In this document: positions 9,412 through 17,617 of the stretch, piece after piece
Layout of the letters: the number at the start of each line of letters is the position of its first letter
How positions within the stretch are numbered: the stretch's first letter is position 1
NCBI GenBank assembly: GCA_046536775.1
Contig: JAWDMD010000002.1
Coordinates: 1-32,000, forward strand
Source: Candidatus Nanopusillus sp.
GTDB taxonomy: Archaea > Nanobdellota > Nanobdellia > Nanobdellales > Nanobdellaceae
Reading direction: 5' to 3'
Length of the DNA: 32,000 bases
Made by a program: the position numbers and the translations under genes
Notes under the pieces: model-generated
The model's database searches: none
Told to the model about the DNA's origin: nothing
What the model saw: only the letters and a program-made list of their open reading frames with translations

Positions 9412-10575
9412 ATGGATTTAAATAAAGATGTAGATCTAATCGATGAGTTTTTCTCGTATGTAAAAAATTTTAATAATAGAATATTCGAAATAAAAAGAAG
9501 TTTGAATAATTTTGTAAATAGAGAAGAATTTAATAATCAATTAAAAGCTTTGAAAGAAGAATTAGAAAATGTAGAAAAAATATTAGATAATTATAAAGAA
9601 ATATTAAATGAAGATTTACTCAATAAAGTAAGATATTTAAATGATTTAAAATTAAAAATAGATGTATTAGAAAACAATCAGAAAAACTTTATTGATTATT
9701 CTACTATAGTAAACATAAAATCAAAAATAAATAAATTAGAACTTGATATAAATTCTCTAAGTAATAAAATAACAAAATATGAAGATGCTATAAATAGTAT
9801 AAAAGAATTAAGTAATAAAATAAAAGATTCGACAGATAGATTAAGTAAAATAGAAGATTCATATACAAATATTAATGATTTTAATGATCTGAAAGAAAAA
9901 GTGGCTAATTTAACGAATTTAGTATCTAAGACAATAGACAATTTATCTAAAGATTTATTACAATATAATAAAATATCTGAAATGATAAATGAGATAAAAG
10001 AAAAAGATCTATATAATATTAATAGTAAATTGGAAGAGATAGAAAAGAAACATGAAGAAAAATATTCTGAAATTAGTAATAAAATAAGCAATATGAACTA
10101 TCTATTGCAATTAACAAATGATGATATTAAAAATATAAAACAATTTAAAACTTATGAAGAATTATATAACAAATATATAAACTTCGAAAATAGATTAAAT
10201 AGCATATATGCATTATTTGAGGAATTAAATAATCTGGTTGTAGATTTAAGATCTAAAGTAAATGAAATGGACAAAATTGAAGAAATTAATGAAAAATATA
10301 ATAAATTGGAAGAAAGTTTAAACAATATTAGGGAAGAAATAAGAAATGTAAAAACAGAATTGTACGATTCTAAAGATATACTAGAATCTGTATTATCCGA
10401 TTATGAAAATTTAATGAATAAAGTAAAGAAAATAGAGAACTTTATTGATTTAGCTAACCTTGAGTATATAATAAATGAAGTAGAAAAAATAAAAATAATG
10501 GAAAATGATATAGAAAATATAAAGAGATTATTATTATCTAAAAATATAAAAGAAGAAGAGGAATATAAGTACTAA
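9412..10575 (+). CDS. long coiled-coil protein, unknown function
   Basis: 387 aa, almost entirely predicted coiled coil. No TM segment and no NTPase motif. The antisense ORF 9696..10091 is a low-complexity mirror of it. Confidence 0.55.
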   Translation: MDLNKDVDLIDEFFSYVKNFNNRIFEIKRSLNNFVNREEFNNQLKALKEELENVEKILDNYKEILNEDLLNKVRYLNDLKLKIDVLENNQKNFIDYSTIVNIKSKINKLELDINSLSNKITKYEDAINSIKELSNKIKDSTDRLSKIEDSYTNINDFNDLKEKVANLTNLVSKTIDNLSKDLLQYNKISEMINEIKEKDLYNINSKLEEIEKKHEEKYSEISNKISNMNYLLQLTNDDIKNIKQFKTYEELYNKYINFENRLNSIYALFEELNNLVVDLRSKVNEMDKIEEINEKYNKLEESLNNIREEIRNVKTELYDSKDILESVLSDYENLMNKVKKIENFIDLANLEYIINEVEKIKIMENDIENIKRLLLSKNIKEEEEYKY

Positions 10576-10928
10576 TAGACTTTTTTAATTTTATCTATTA
10601 TATCTGCAAGCCTACTTATTATATCATATAATTTTATTAGTTTTTCTTTTTCTATATTTTTATGATCTAATCCTTTTTCTATATCTAAATAATCAAATAC
10701 TTTATCAGATTTAACAATATATAATTCATCAAAGAAATTTCTTCCTTCCAATTCTTTTAATATTGATATAAATTTTAACGATTCATTAAGATTGTTTAAA
10801 TCTATTTCTTTTTTTAATACTAAAGTTATTTTTCCACTCTCCCCCTTTTCTAATTTTTTAATTTTATTATCAAGTTGTAATAATTTCCTTCTTTTAGCAT
10901 ATTCTGGGGATGGTATTATTAATGGCAT
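10572..10928 (-). CDS. hypothetical protein
   Basis: 118-aa ORF, convergent with the coiled-coil gene and overlapping it by 4 nt. No recognisable motif. Preceded on its own strand by the C/D box sRNA. Confidence 0.45.
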   Translation of the reverse strand: MPLIIPSPEYAKRRKLLQLDNKIKKLEKGESGKITLVLKKEIDLNNLNESLKFISILKELEGRNFFDELYIVKSDKVFDYLDIEKGLDHKNIEKEKLIKLYDIISRLADIIDKIKKVY

Positions 10929-10958
10929 AATAAATATTAATATATGGAAATTTAAAAA

Positions 10959-11008
10959 TCAGCAGTTACTCCTCTCATCATTAATTCAGATTGTGTCCAC
11001 GTCATCAT
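10959..11008 (-). ncRNA. C/D box sRNA (2'-O-methylation guide)
   Basis: The minus strand reads ATGATGA(C)-CGTGGACACAAT-CTGA(D')-ATTA-ATGATGA(C')-GAGGAGTAACTG-CTGA(D). Boxes are perfect and both guides are 12 nt, giving a 50-nt core, which is the canonical archaeal architecture. It sits in the divergent intergenic spacer. Confidence 0.85.
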
Positions 11009-11046
11009 AATATTTATTTATAAGAATTGTATTTTTTATTTTTTAT

Positions 11047-12030
11047 ATGAATGAAATGCTTCCTTTATTGGTATTTGATATAATAATATTGGCATATTCT
11101 TCATACCAGGATATAAAATATAAATCTGTAGATGATATAATAATATATATTTTATTGATATTTAATGTATTCTATTTTTTATATTTAATTGTCCAAAATA
11201 TTTATCCAGGAAATTTTATATTTTCATATTATATTCTCTTATTTTTCACTTTATTATATCTATTTAGGTTGCTGGCCATTGGAGATCTATTTATTTTCTT
11301 TTCAATATTCTTTCTATTATCCTTCTTTTCTCTATATAAGATGTTATTATTTTTATTTTATTTAGTATTATTTGGATTTATATTCCACAATATAGAGGCT
11401 ATTAAGGCATATAAAGAAAATAGAAAAAGATATTATATTTTCATTTTTAATATTATCTCAATATTGGTTTCTATATATTTTATCAACCTTTTTGTTTTAT
11501 ATTTTGATATTTATTATCTATTAATTTCTCTAATTTTCATATATATTCCATATTTTCTATTTAGATATATATCAAAGGATTTAGAGGAAAAATTAACGTT
11601 TATGAGAAATGTAAATGAATTGGTTGAAGGAGATTGGATAGAAGATGGAATAGAAATTAATAGTATAAAGAAAGAAGATAAAGAAATATTAGTTAAATAT
11701 TTCGATATTTATGAAAATGAGAATAAATACGTATTAAAATTTAAGAATAATAATAAATTAATAAATTCTCTTATTATCTTAATAATCTCAGTTTTACCAT
11801 TAATATTTTATTTTTTAAATGAAATTTTCTTTTATTATTCTATGCCATTTATCATAATATTTTATCATATATTTCAAAATAAACTGTTTATTGGAAGATT
11901 TGGTCTTTCAAAAGAAGAAATTAATATATTAAAGAAATTGGGAGAATATAATGATATAAAAGTAAAAGTAAAAGAAGGAGCACCATTTATTCCTCCAATA
12001 TTCCTTTCTTTCATATTCTTACTAATATGA
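11047..12030 (+). CDS. A24-family prepilin/preflagellin (class III signal) peptidase, FlaK/PibD-like
   Basis: Polytopic membrane protein. Asp22 sits in SSYQDIKYK and Asp80 in the AIGD (GxGD-type) motif, a spacing like the two catalytic Asp of FlaK/PibD. The C-terminal GAPFIPPIF block is typical of the family. A soluble insertion lies between TM segments, as in FlaK. Confidence 0.7.
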   Translation: MNEMLPLLVFDIIILAYSSYQDIKYKSVDDIIIYILLIFNVFYFLYLIVQNIYPGNFIFSYYILLFFTLLYLFRLLAIGDLFIFFSIFFLLSFFSLYKMLLFLFYLVLFGFIFHNIEAIKAYKENRKRYYIFIFNIISILVSIYFINLFVLYFDIYYLLISLIFIYIPYFLFRYISKDLEEKLTFMRNVNELVEGDWIEDGIEINSIKKEDKEILVKYFDIYENENKYVLKFKNNNKLINSLIILIISVLPLIFYFLNEIFFYYSMPFIIIFYHIFQNKLFIGRFGLSKEEINILKKLGEYNDIKVKVKEGAPFIPPIFLSFIFLLI

Positions 12031-13043
12031 AATATGAAATAATAGATAAGAAAATAATAAAAATTAAGATAGAGGATGAAGTGGATTTATTATATTTGTA
12101 TAAAATAGTTAATGTAGGTGATATTATAGAAGGATATGATTATAGAACATTAAAATTTGAGAATGAGAAAGAAAAGAAAAAAATAAAAATAAAAATAGAG
12201 ATTGAGAATATAAAATTTTCTGAATATAAGGATTCATTGAGGATCTCTGGAAAAATAATTGATTCAAATGATAAAGATTCTATTGGACACTATCATACAT
12301 TTGATATAAGAATATCTACAGAATTTACATTATATAAAAAAGAAGAAATAAAAAAATATGAAGAAAAAATATTAGAGAAATCTTCTAGAAAAAAAGAAGA
12401 TATTTTTGTAATATCAATAGATAATAATGATATAGCTCTAGGCATAATAAATAATGGGATAAAAATTATAAAGGAAGAATACTATAAGATAAATAAGGGA
12501 GATCTGGAAGAAAAAACAAAGTTATATAAAATATTTTCAGAATTTTTAGATACAATAAGGGATTATGATATTAAATTTCTATGTATAATTGGTCCATTAT
12601 TTTATCCTGAAGAATTTTATGATTATATAAAGGACAAATTAAATATAAAAAATATAAAAATATATAAGGTATCTAATGGAGGTGTAAATGGTATATATGA
12701 ATTTGTTAGGAGAACAGAATATTATGAAACATTAAAAAATTTAGAAATTTTAGAAATAAATAAATTAATTGAAGAAGTATTATATTTAATGCAAAAAAAT
12801 ATGGTAGTATTTGGATACGATGAAGTATACAATAATGCAATGTATAATAATATAGAATATGTTTTAATATCTGAAGAATGTTTTAAAAAAATGAAAGAAG
12901 AAAACAATATTGATAAAATTATAAATTTATTTAATATTCTGGATAGAATAGATGCAGAAATATATTTTGTAAATAATAATGCCAATAATTTTGAATTAAT
13001 TGATAGATTTTGTATTGTTGGAAAATTAAGGTATAAATTATAA
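12027..13043 (+). CDS. Pelota/Dom34 mRNA surveillance (no-go decay) factor
   Basis: 338 aa. The N terminus (KIKIEDEVDLLYLYKIVNVGDII) matches the Pelota Sm-like domain, and the C-terminal eRF1-like region ends ...CIVGKLRYKL. Overlaps the upstream gene by 4 nt. Confidence 0.8.
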   Translation: MKYEIIDKKIIKIKIEDEVDLLYLYKIVNVGDIIEGYDYRTLKFENEKEKKKIKIKIEIENIKFSEYKDSLRISGKIIDSNDKDSIGHYHTFDIRISTEFTLYKKEEIKKYEEKILEKSSRKKEDIFVISIDNNDIALGIINNGIKIIKEEYYKINKGDLEEKTKLYKIFSEFLDTIRDYDIKFLCIIGPLFYPEEFYDYIKDKLNIKNIKIYKVSNGGVNGIYEFVRRTEYYETLKNLEILEINKLIEEVLYLMQKNMVVFGYDEVYNNAMYNNIEYVLISEECFKKMKEENNIDKIINLFNILDRIDAEIYFVNNNANNFELIDRFCIVGKLRYKL

Positions 13044-13068
13044 ATATTAAGGAATATTTTATTAAAAT

Positions 13069-14118
13069 ATGAAAAAATTGCAAACGACAGGTTTAGGTAT
13101 ATTCTTTATATTATTGGGTATGGTAATTTTTGTATATTGGATAATTCTCCCATATCAGTATAGACAATCTTTAATACAACAATTAATTAATGGAACTAAT
13201 ATGACATTATATTTTCCTTCAAATTCTTCAAATATAAGTACTAGTAATCAAATCTTTCAAAATATACAATTATCAAAAAGCCAGAATTATTATTATATAG
13301 CAAGTAATTATACAATAGGAAGTTATACTCCAGTATATTATATTAATTTGGGAACTTTAAATTTTGAAACAAACATATTTTATGGAACAGTTAGTAAAAG
13401 CTTATATTTCTATTATTCTGACAATTATAATGGAATAAATATTACTGCATATTCTACATGTAATGATGGGAACTTTGATATATATGTAAATAATTATGAA
13501 TTATATTCTGGATGTCAAAATGGTGAAATAAGCATTTTCGTTTCTCCAAATTATTTAAATAATGGAGATAACGAATTAAAAATAGTATTTTCCCCATCTA
13601 GTATAATATTCGGTGGGAATGGAATATTGAATAACATAAATATAAATTATCTAGAGTTTTCATCATTAAATTTTAACTATTATTATATATCTGGAGATGT
13701 ATATATGTTCTATGATTTTTGTCCATATTCTCCTCAAAATGTAGAATTGATTGTAAATGGGTTATCAATTCCACTATCTTCATGTTCTAACTTATTTTAT
13801 CTAACCCCATATTTAAATGTTGGAGAGAATACAATTAGTCTGATCTCATCTTATCCAGTTAATATAAATAATTTATATATAGAATCAAAGAGCAATATAT
13901 TTTATATAGCATTTCCAAATAATTTAACAAATTATATATTGGATATTGTAGTCAGTCAAGGCTCTGGAGAAGTTATAATAAATAATAATTGTATATATGA
14001 TATAAGTTCATCTGTTGGAGCTTATGCAATAAATATATATAATTGTTTATTGCCAGAAAATCTGTTAGAAATAAAAACAGACAGTTATCTTAAGATAGAT
14101 TATTTACAGATATCTTAA
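13069..14118 (+). CDS. secreted or membrane-anchored Asn/Tyr/Ser-rich surface protein with three internal repeat modules
   Basis: N-terminal hydrophobic anchor (GLGIFFILLGMVIFVYWII), many N-x-S/T sequons and six Cys in three local pairs. A repeated module end is visible: YLNNGDNELKIVF...ININYLEF, YLNVGENTISLIS...NINNLYIE, PENLLEIKTD...KIDYLQIS. Confidence 0.6.
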   Translation: MKKLQTTGLGIFFILLGMVIFVYWIILPYQYRQSLIQQLINGTNMTLYFPSNSSNISTSNQIFQNIQLSKSQNYYYIASNYTIGSYTPVYYINLGTLNFETNIFYGTVSKSLYFYYSDNYNGINITAYSTCNDGNFDIYVNNYELYSGCQNGEISIFVSPNYLNNGDNELKIVFSPSSIIFGGNGILNNININYLEFSSLNFNYYYISGDVYMFYDFCPYSPQNVELIVNGLSIPLSSCSNLFYLTPYLNVGENTISLISSYPVNINNLYIESKSNIFYIAFPNNLTNYILDIVVSQGSGEVIINNNCIYDISSSVGAYAINIYNCLLPENLLEIKTDSYLKIDYLQIS

Positions 14119-14140
14119 AAATTTATAAATAAAGAAATTT

Positions 14141-14515
14141 ATGATTCATCATATGAAGAAAAGGGGAGCTAGAAGATCCAGTGGTGGATTAGTTTTTTTA
14201 TTAATTTTAATAATTTTGGCAATGGCGATTTATCTATATTATAATCAGATTCTTGGATATTTAGAAAATAATCAAATGTTCCAAACTATCGAAAATATTA
14301 CAATGCAATTTATCAATGAAAGTCAACAAGCTTTTAATATTATTCAAAATTCCTTAAATGGAAATATTAGTATAAATAATTTATATACATCTAATAATCA
14401 AAATAATACAAATACTTTAAGTAATGTAGGTCAAAATTCTTCAAGTATAACTAGCTCAACTCAGACTTATATTGGTGGTGGTAGTAGTTCTAATGGTAGA
14501 CATCTTATTCGTTAA
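14141..14515 (+). CDS. small N-terminally anchored Asn/Ser/Gln-rich protein
   Basis: 124 aa with a basic N terminus followed by a TM helix (GGLVFLLILIILAMAIYLYY). An alternative start at 14153 gives MKKRG.... It contains copy 1 of the 183-bp duplication. Confidence 0.5.
   Translation: MIHHMKKRGARRSSGGLVFLLILIILAMAIYLYYNQILGYLENNQMFQTIENITMQFINESQQAFNIIQNSLNGNISINNLYTSNNQNNTNTLSNVGQNSSSITSSTQTYIGGGSSSNGRHLIR
14235..14417 (+). repeat. direct repeat copy 1 (183 bp, inside the CDS 14141..14515)
   Basis: Base-for-base identical to 14616..14798 when aligned by hand across all 183 positions. Confidence 0.9.
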
Positions 14516-14615
14516 TTGTAGCATAAATTATAGCATATTATATATAACTTTAATACAATGCTTATAAATATCTAAAAACTTTATTTTGTATATAGGTGAT
14601 AAGCAACCAAACATT

Positions 14616-14798
14616 TATATTATAATCAGATTCTTGGATATTTAGAAAATAATCAAATGTTCCAAACTATCGAAAATATTACAATGCAATTTATCAATGA
14701 AAGTCAACAAGCTTTTAATATTATTCAAAATTCCTTAAATGGAAATATTAGTATAAATAATTTATATACATCTAATAATCAAAATAATACAAATACTT
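14616..14798 (+). repeat. direct repeat copy 2 (183 bp, intergenic; 5'-truncated gene fragment)
   Basis: Identical to 14235..14417. It keeps the reading frame but has no start codon or TM segment. It hits TAA at the repeat end because one T of the TTT at 14416-14418 is missing here. Confidence 0.9.
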
Positions 14799-14810
14799 AA
14801 AGTTAATATC

Positions 14811-15824
14811 ATGATAAAATTTTTAATTAATAAAGTAAATATATATTTAATGAAAGCTGGAAGATTTGTGTATTTGCTACCAATATTATTTACAGGTACT
14901 ACTTTGTTTTATTTTTCTACATGTCCAATTGGTAATATTGGCTCTGGAAATTTGGGATTTTTAAATGGTGGAAATTCCAATTTATATCAACCTTCATGGG
15001 CATTAAATCAACCTGGAAATGTATATTTATATATCCAGGCTCCCTCCTCATTAAATTATAGCGAATCAAGCGGTTTAAATTATAACTTACCTCTTATTTA
15101 TGTTAATAACATTTATACAATGTCAAATTCCCAGCTAGGAGTTTCATATTATGTTTATAGTTATGCCTTATCTTCTCCTTATTCAGGTAATTTTAATGCA
15201 GAACCGGCAGTTTATAATTCTTCTTCTAATCAACTTTCTCCTTCAAATTCTACCATTGGAAATCTTAAAGTTTCTCTGAGTTCCGGTCTTCAAGCAGTAC
15301 CACCCCAAATACCAATAGTTGTAGAATATAATATATCAAATGTTGTTACTAATGTATTAATTCAATTACAATTAAATTATTCTAACAGTCAGATAACATT
15401 AAGTGAACCTGTGTATTATTCGTCATCCCCAATAACTCCATCATCTTCTAATGTTAATGTGAATGAAACCAATGGAAATATATATTTTTCAATAGCTTTC
15501 CAAGATTCTGTTGGATGCTTTAGTAATGTATATTCTAGTAATCAAGCTACTTTTAATATAAATGCTGAATTAAGTATTATTGGAGCAAATCAAATAAATA
15601 TACCAAATGGGGAAGAGGGTTTCTCATGTAATCCAACACAAAATGTTCCAATGAATTCATCTACAATATCATGTAGCATAAATATACAGCAATTAGCAAA
15701 AAATAATCAAGAAATTCAAAATCTAATAAATTCAAATCTGGTACTACCTGCATATGTTCTAATGAATCTTTCATATAATTGCTATGAAGAAGATATATAT
15801 AATATTCCAGTAACTGAAACTTAA
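14811..15824 (+). CDS. secreted Asn/Ser/Tyr-rich surface protein
   Basis: 337-aa ORF. The more likely start is 14850 (MKAGRFVYLLPILFTGTTLFYF, a signal/anchor). Many N-x-S/T sequons and five Cys. No enzymatic motif. Confidence 0.6.
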   Translation: MIKFLINKVNIYLMKAGRFVYLLPILFTGTTLFYFSTCPIGNIGSGNLGFLNGGNSNLYQPSWALNQPGNVYLYIQAPSSLNYSESSGLNYNLPLIYVNNIYTMSNSQLGVSYYVYSYALSSPYSGNFNAEPAVYNSSSNQLSPSNSTIGNLKVSLSSGLQAVPPQIPIVVEYNISNVVTNVLIQLQLNYSNSQITLSEPVYYSSSPITPSSSNVNVNETNGNIYFSIAFQDSVGCFSNVYSSNQATFNINAELSIIGANQINIPNGEEGFSCNPTQNVPMNSSTISCSINIQQLAKNNQEIQNLINSNLVLPAYVLMNLSYNCYEEDIYNIPVTET

Positions 15825-15868
15825 AACTGTATATAAATTTAATAAGTATTTTTAATATATTTTAAAAA

Positions 15869-16645
15869 ATGTATAAGAGAAAAGATTCTCCAAAGGTGAA
15901 TGATTATGTTATATGTACTGTAAATAATATATCAGACGTAGATGTAAAGGTTAGTTTAGATGAATATGAGAATTTTAATGGAATAATTCCGATAGATGAA
16001 TTATCAAATAGAAGAATTACAAATCCACGAATTTTGGTTAGAGAAGGTAAAAAGATTGTATGTTTAGTACTTGATGTAGATGTACAGAATAGATTGGTTA
16101 CTTTATCGTTAAAGAGAGTTGATAAAAATAAACAAAAAGCGAAAATCTCAGAATATAAAAGAGAGATGGTTGCTTATAATATATTGAAAATAATGAGTGA
16201 AAAGGAAAATATAGATATGAGTAAATTGGAAAGGGATATAATATTTAAAATTGTTCCAGAAAACAAGCTTTATAGCGCATTTTTAGAAGCTTATATAAAT
16301 GGAAAAGGTGTTTTAGATAAATATAAAATAAGTAAAAAATATTCTGATCTATTATATAAATATATAGTTGATTATCTAAATCCACCAAAATACGAGTTTA
16401 CGTATATAATGCAGGCTTATTGTTTAGATGGAGATGGAATATATAAAATAAAGGAATTTCTTAAAAAGATAAAGGATCTAAATATAATGATAAAATATAT
16501 GGGATCACCTACATATATGTTAAAATATGTTACTATAAGTCCATCTGATTTACAAAAAAAAGAAAAAGAAATGCTAGAATTGATAAATAAAGAAGCTAAA
16601 GATTATAATATAATTTATGAAATAAATAAATATGAAAGAGATTAG
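15869..16645 (+). CDS. eif2a: translation initiation factor aIF2 alpha subunit
   Basis: N-terminal S1 domain (VNDYVICTV...GIIPIDELSNRRI...EGKKIVCLVLDVD...LSLKRV). The 258-aa length and the Nop10 gene immediately downstream match the conserved archaeal arrangement. Confidence 0.85.
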   Translation: MYKRKDSPKVNDYVICTVNNISDVDVKVSLDEYENFNGIIPIDELSNRRITNPRILVREGKKIVCLVLDVDVQNRLVTLSLKRVDKNKQKAKISEYKREMVAYNILKIMSEKENIDMSKLERDIIFKIVPENKLYSAFLEAYINGKGVLDKYKISKKYSDLLYKYIVDYLNPPKYEFTYIMQAYCLDGDGIYKIKEFLKKIKDLNIMIKYMGSPTYMLKYVTISPSDLQKKEKEMLELINKEAKDYNIIYEINKYERD

Positions 16646-16808
16646 AAAATGTAAAAATTGTAAAATATATACATTTAAAGAAGTCTGTCCAATTTGCAGT
16701 AATAAGACATCTAGAATAATACCCCCCAAATTTTCTCCAGATGATAAATGGGGTGATTACAGGAGAAAAATGAAAAAAGAAATCTTATATAAAAATAATA
16801 TATTATAA
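16632..16808 (+). CDS. nop10: H/ACA RNP protein Nop10 (58 aa, below the ORF-track cutoff)
   Basis: My own translation: MKEIRKCKNCKIYTFKEVCPICSNKTSRIIPPKFSPDDKWGDYRRKMKKEILYKNNIL. It has a CxxC...CxxC zinc ribbon and the PPKFSPDDKWGDYRR block characteristic of Nop10. The ATG overlaps the aIF2-alpha 3' end by 14 nt. Confidence 0.85.
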   Translation: MKEIRKCKNCKIYTFKEVCPICSNKTSRIIPPKFSPDDKWGDYRRKMKKEILYKNNIL

Positions 16809-16814
16809 TATATT

Positions 16815-17612
16815 ATGGAATTCATAATTGATAAAGAAAAAATAAGAAATATGAATAATATAGTTTTTCTTTATTCAATAGGCGGAGGATTTGGAAATTT
16901 GTCAAAAATAGTTGGAAAAAAACTGATAGAAACTTATAAAGGAAAAGTTGTTGGAAGAATAATAACAGATTTCTTTCCTGATGTAGTTAAAATAGATAAA
17001 AAAGGATATATATCGGATAATATAAGTTATAAATTATATTCTGTTCCAATTGGTAACTATAATTTTCTAGTATTATATGGGGATTTCCAGATAATGATCC
17101 TAGAAGATCCGGGATTATCTTTATACTTTAGATATAAATTCATGAATAAACTATTTAGAATAATAAATAAATTTAATTTATTGGAATTAAGTATAATTGG
17201 TGGAATAGGTTCACATCAATTAGAACCGGAAAATCCAAATTACCTGTTTTCATTAAATAAATACTATGATATAAATAAAATAAAGGAAAAATTGGGAGAA
17301 CCAGAATTATATAAATCAAATACTGTTGTTGGAATGAGTGGATTATTTTTATATTATTCTCAACTATTTAAAAAACCAGCTTATTTATTGTTAGTTGAAA
17401 CATATTTATCAAATCAAATCAATGGATATTTTGGTGCTTCAAAGGCATTAGAAATATTGGGTAAGTTATATGGATTTCAAGTTGATACGACTGATCTAAA
17501 GGAAAAAGGCAAGAAACTAAAAGAAAGACTAGAAAAAGATCTAAATATGATTAAGAAGTTAGAAGAAGAAAATAAGAAAAGAGAAAAAAGTTCAGGATAC
17601 TATTACGGATAG
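16815..17612 (+). CDS. PAC2-family protein (proteasome assembly chaperone-like, COG1938-type)
   Basis: 265 aa. N-terminal pattern VFLYSIGGGFGNLSKIVGKKLIE and a charged C-terminal tail. Its position after aIF2-alpha and Nop10 matches the conserved archaeal cluster. Confidence 0.6.
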   Translation: MEFIIDKEKIRNMNNIVFLYSIGGGFGNLSKIVGKKLIETYKGKVVGRIITDFFPDVVKIDKKGYISDNISYKLYSVPIGNYNFLVLYGDFQIMILEDPGLSLYFRYKFMNKLFRIINKFNLLELSIIGGIGSHQLEPENPNYLFSLNKYYDINKIKEKLGEPELYKSNTVVGMSGLFLYYSQLFKKPAYLLLVETYLSNQINGYFGASKALEILGKLYGFQVDTTDLKEKGKKLKERLEKDLNMIKKLEEENKKREKSSGYYYG

Positions 17613-17617
17613 AAATT

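Noticed and set aside
9696-10091. 131-aa minus-strand ORF inside the coiled-coil gene
   Set aside because: It is the antisense mirror of a low-complexity K/E/N/I-rich coding region, so its translation is a run of S/F/L/I. Such ORFs stay open by composition alone. The plus-strand coiled-coil ORF is three times longer.
10792-11010. 72-aa plus-strand ORF spanning the 10929-11046 spacer
   Set aside because: It overlaps the minus-strand 118-aa ORF and runs straight through the C/D box sRNA. Its openness is better explained by those two features.
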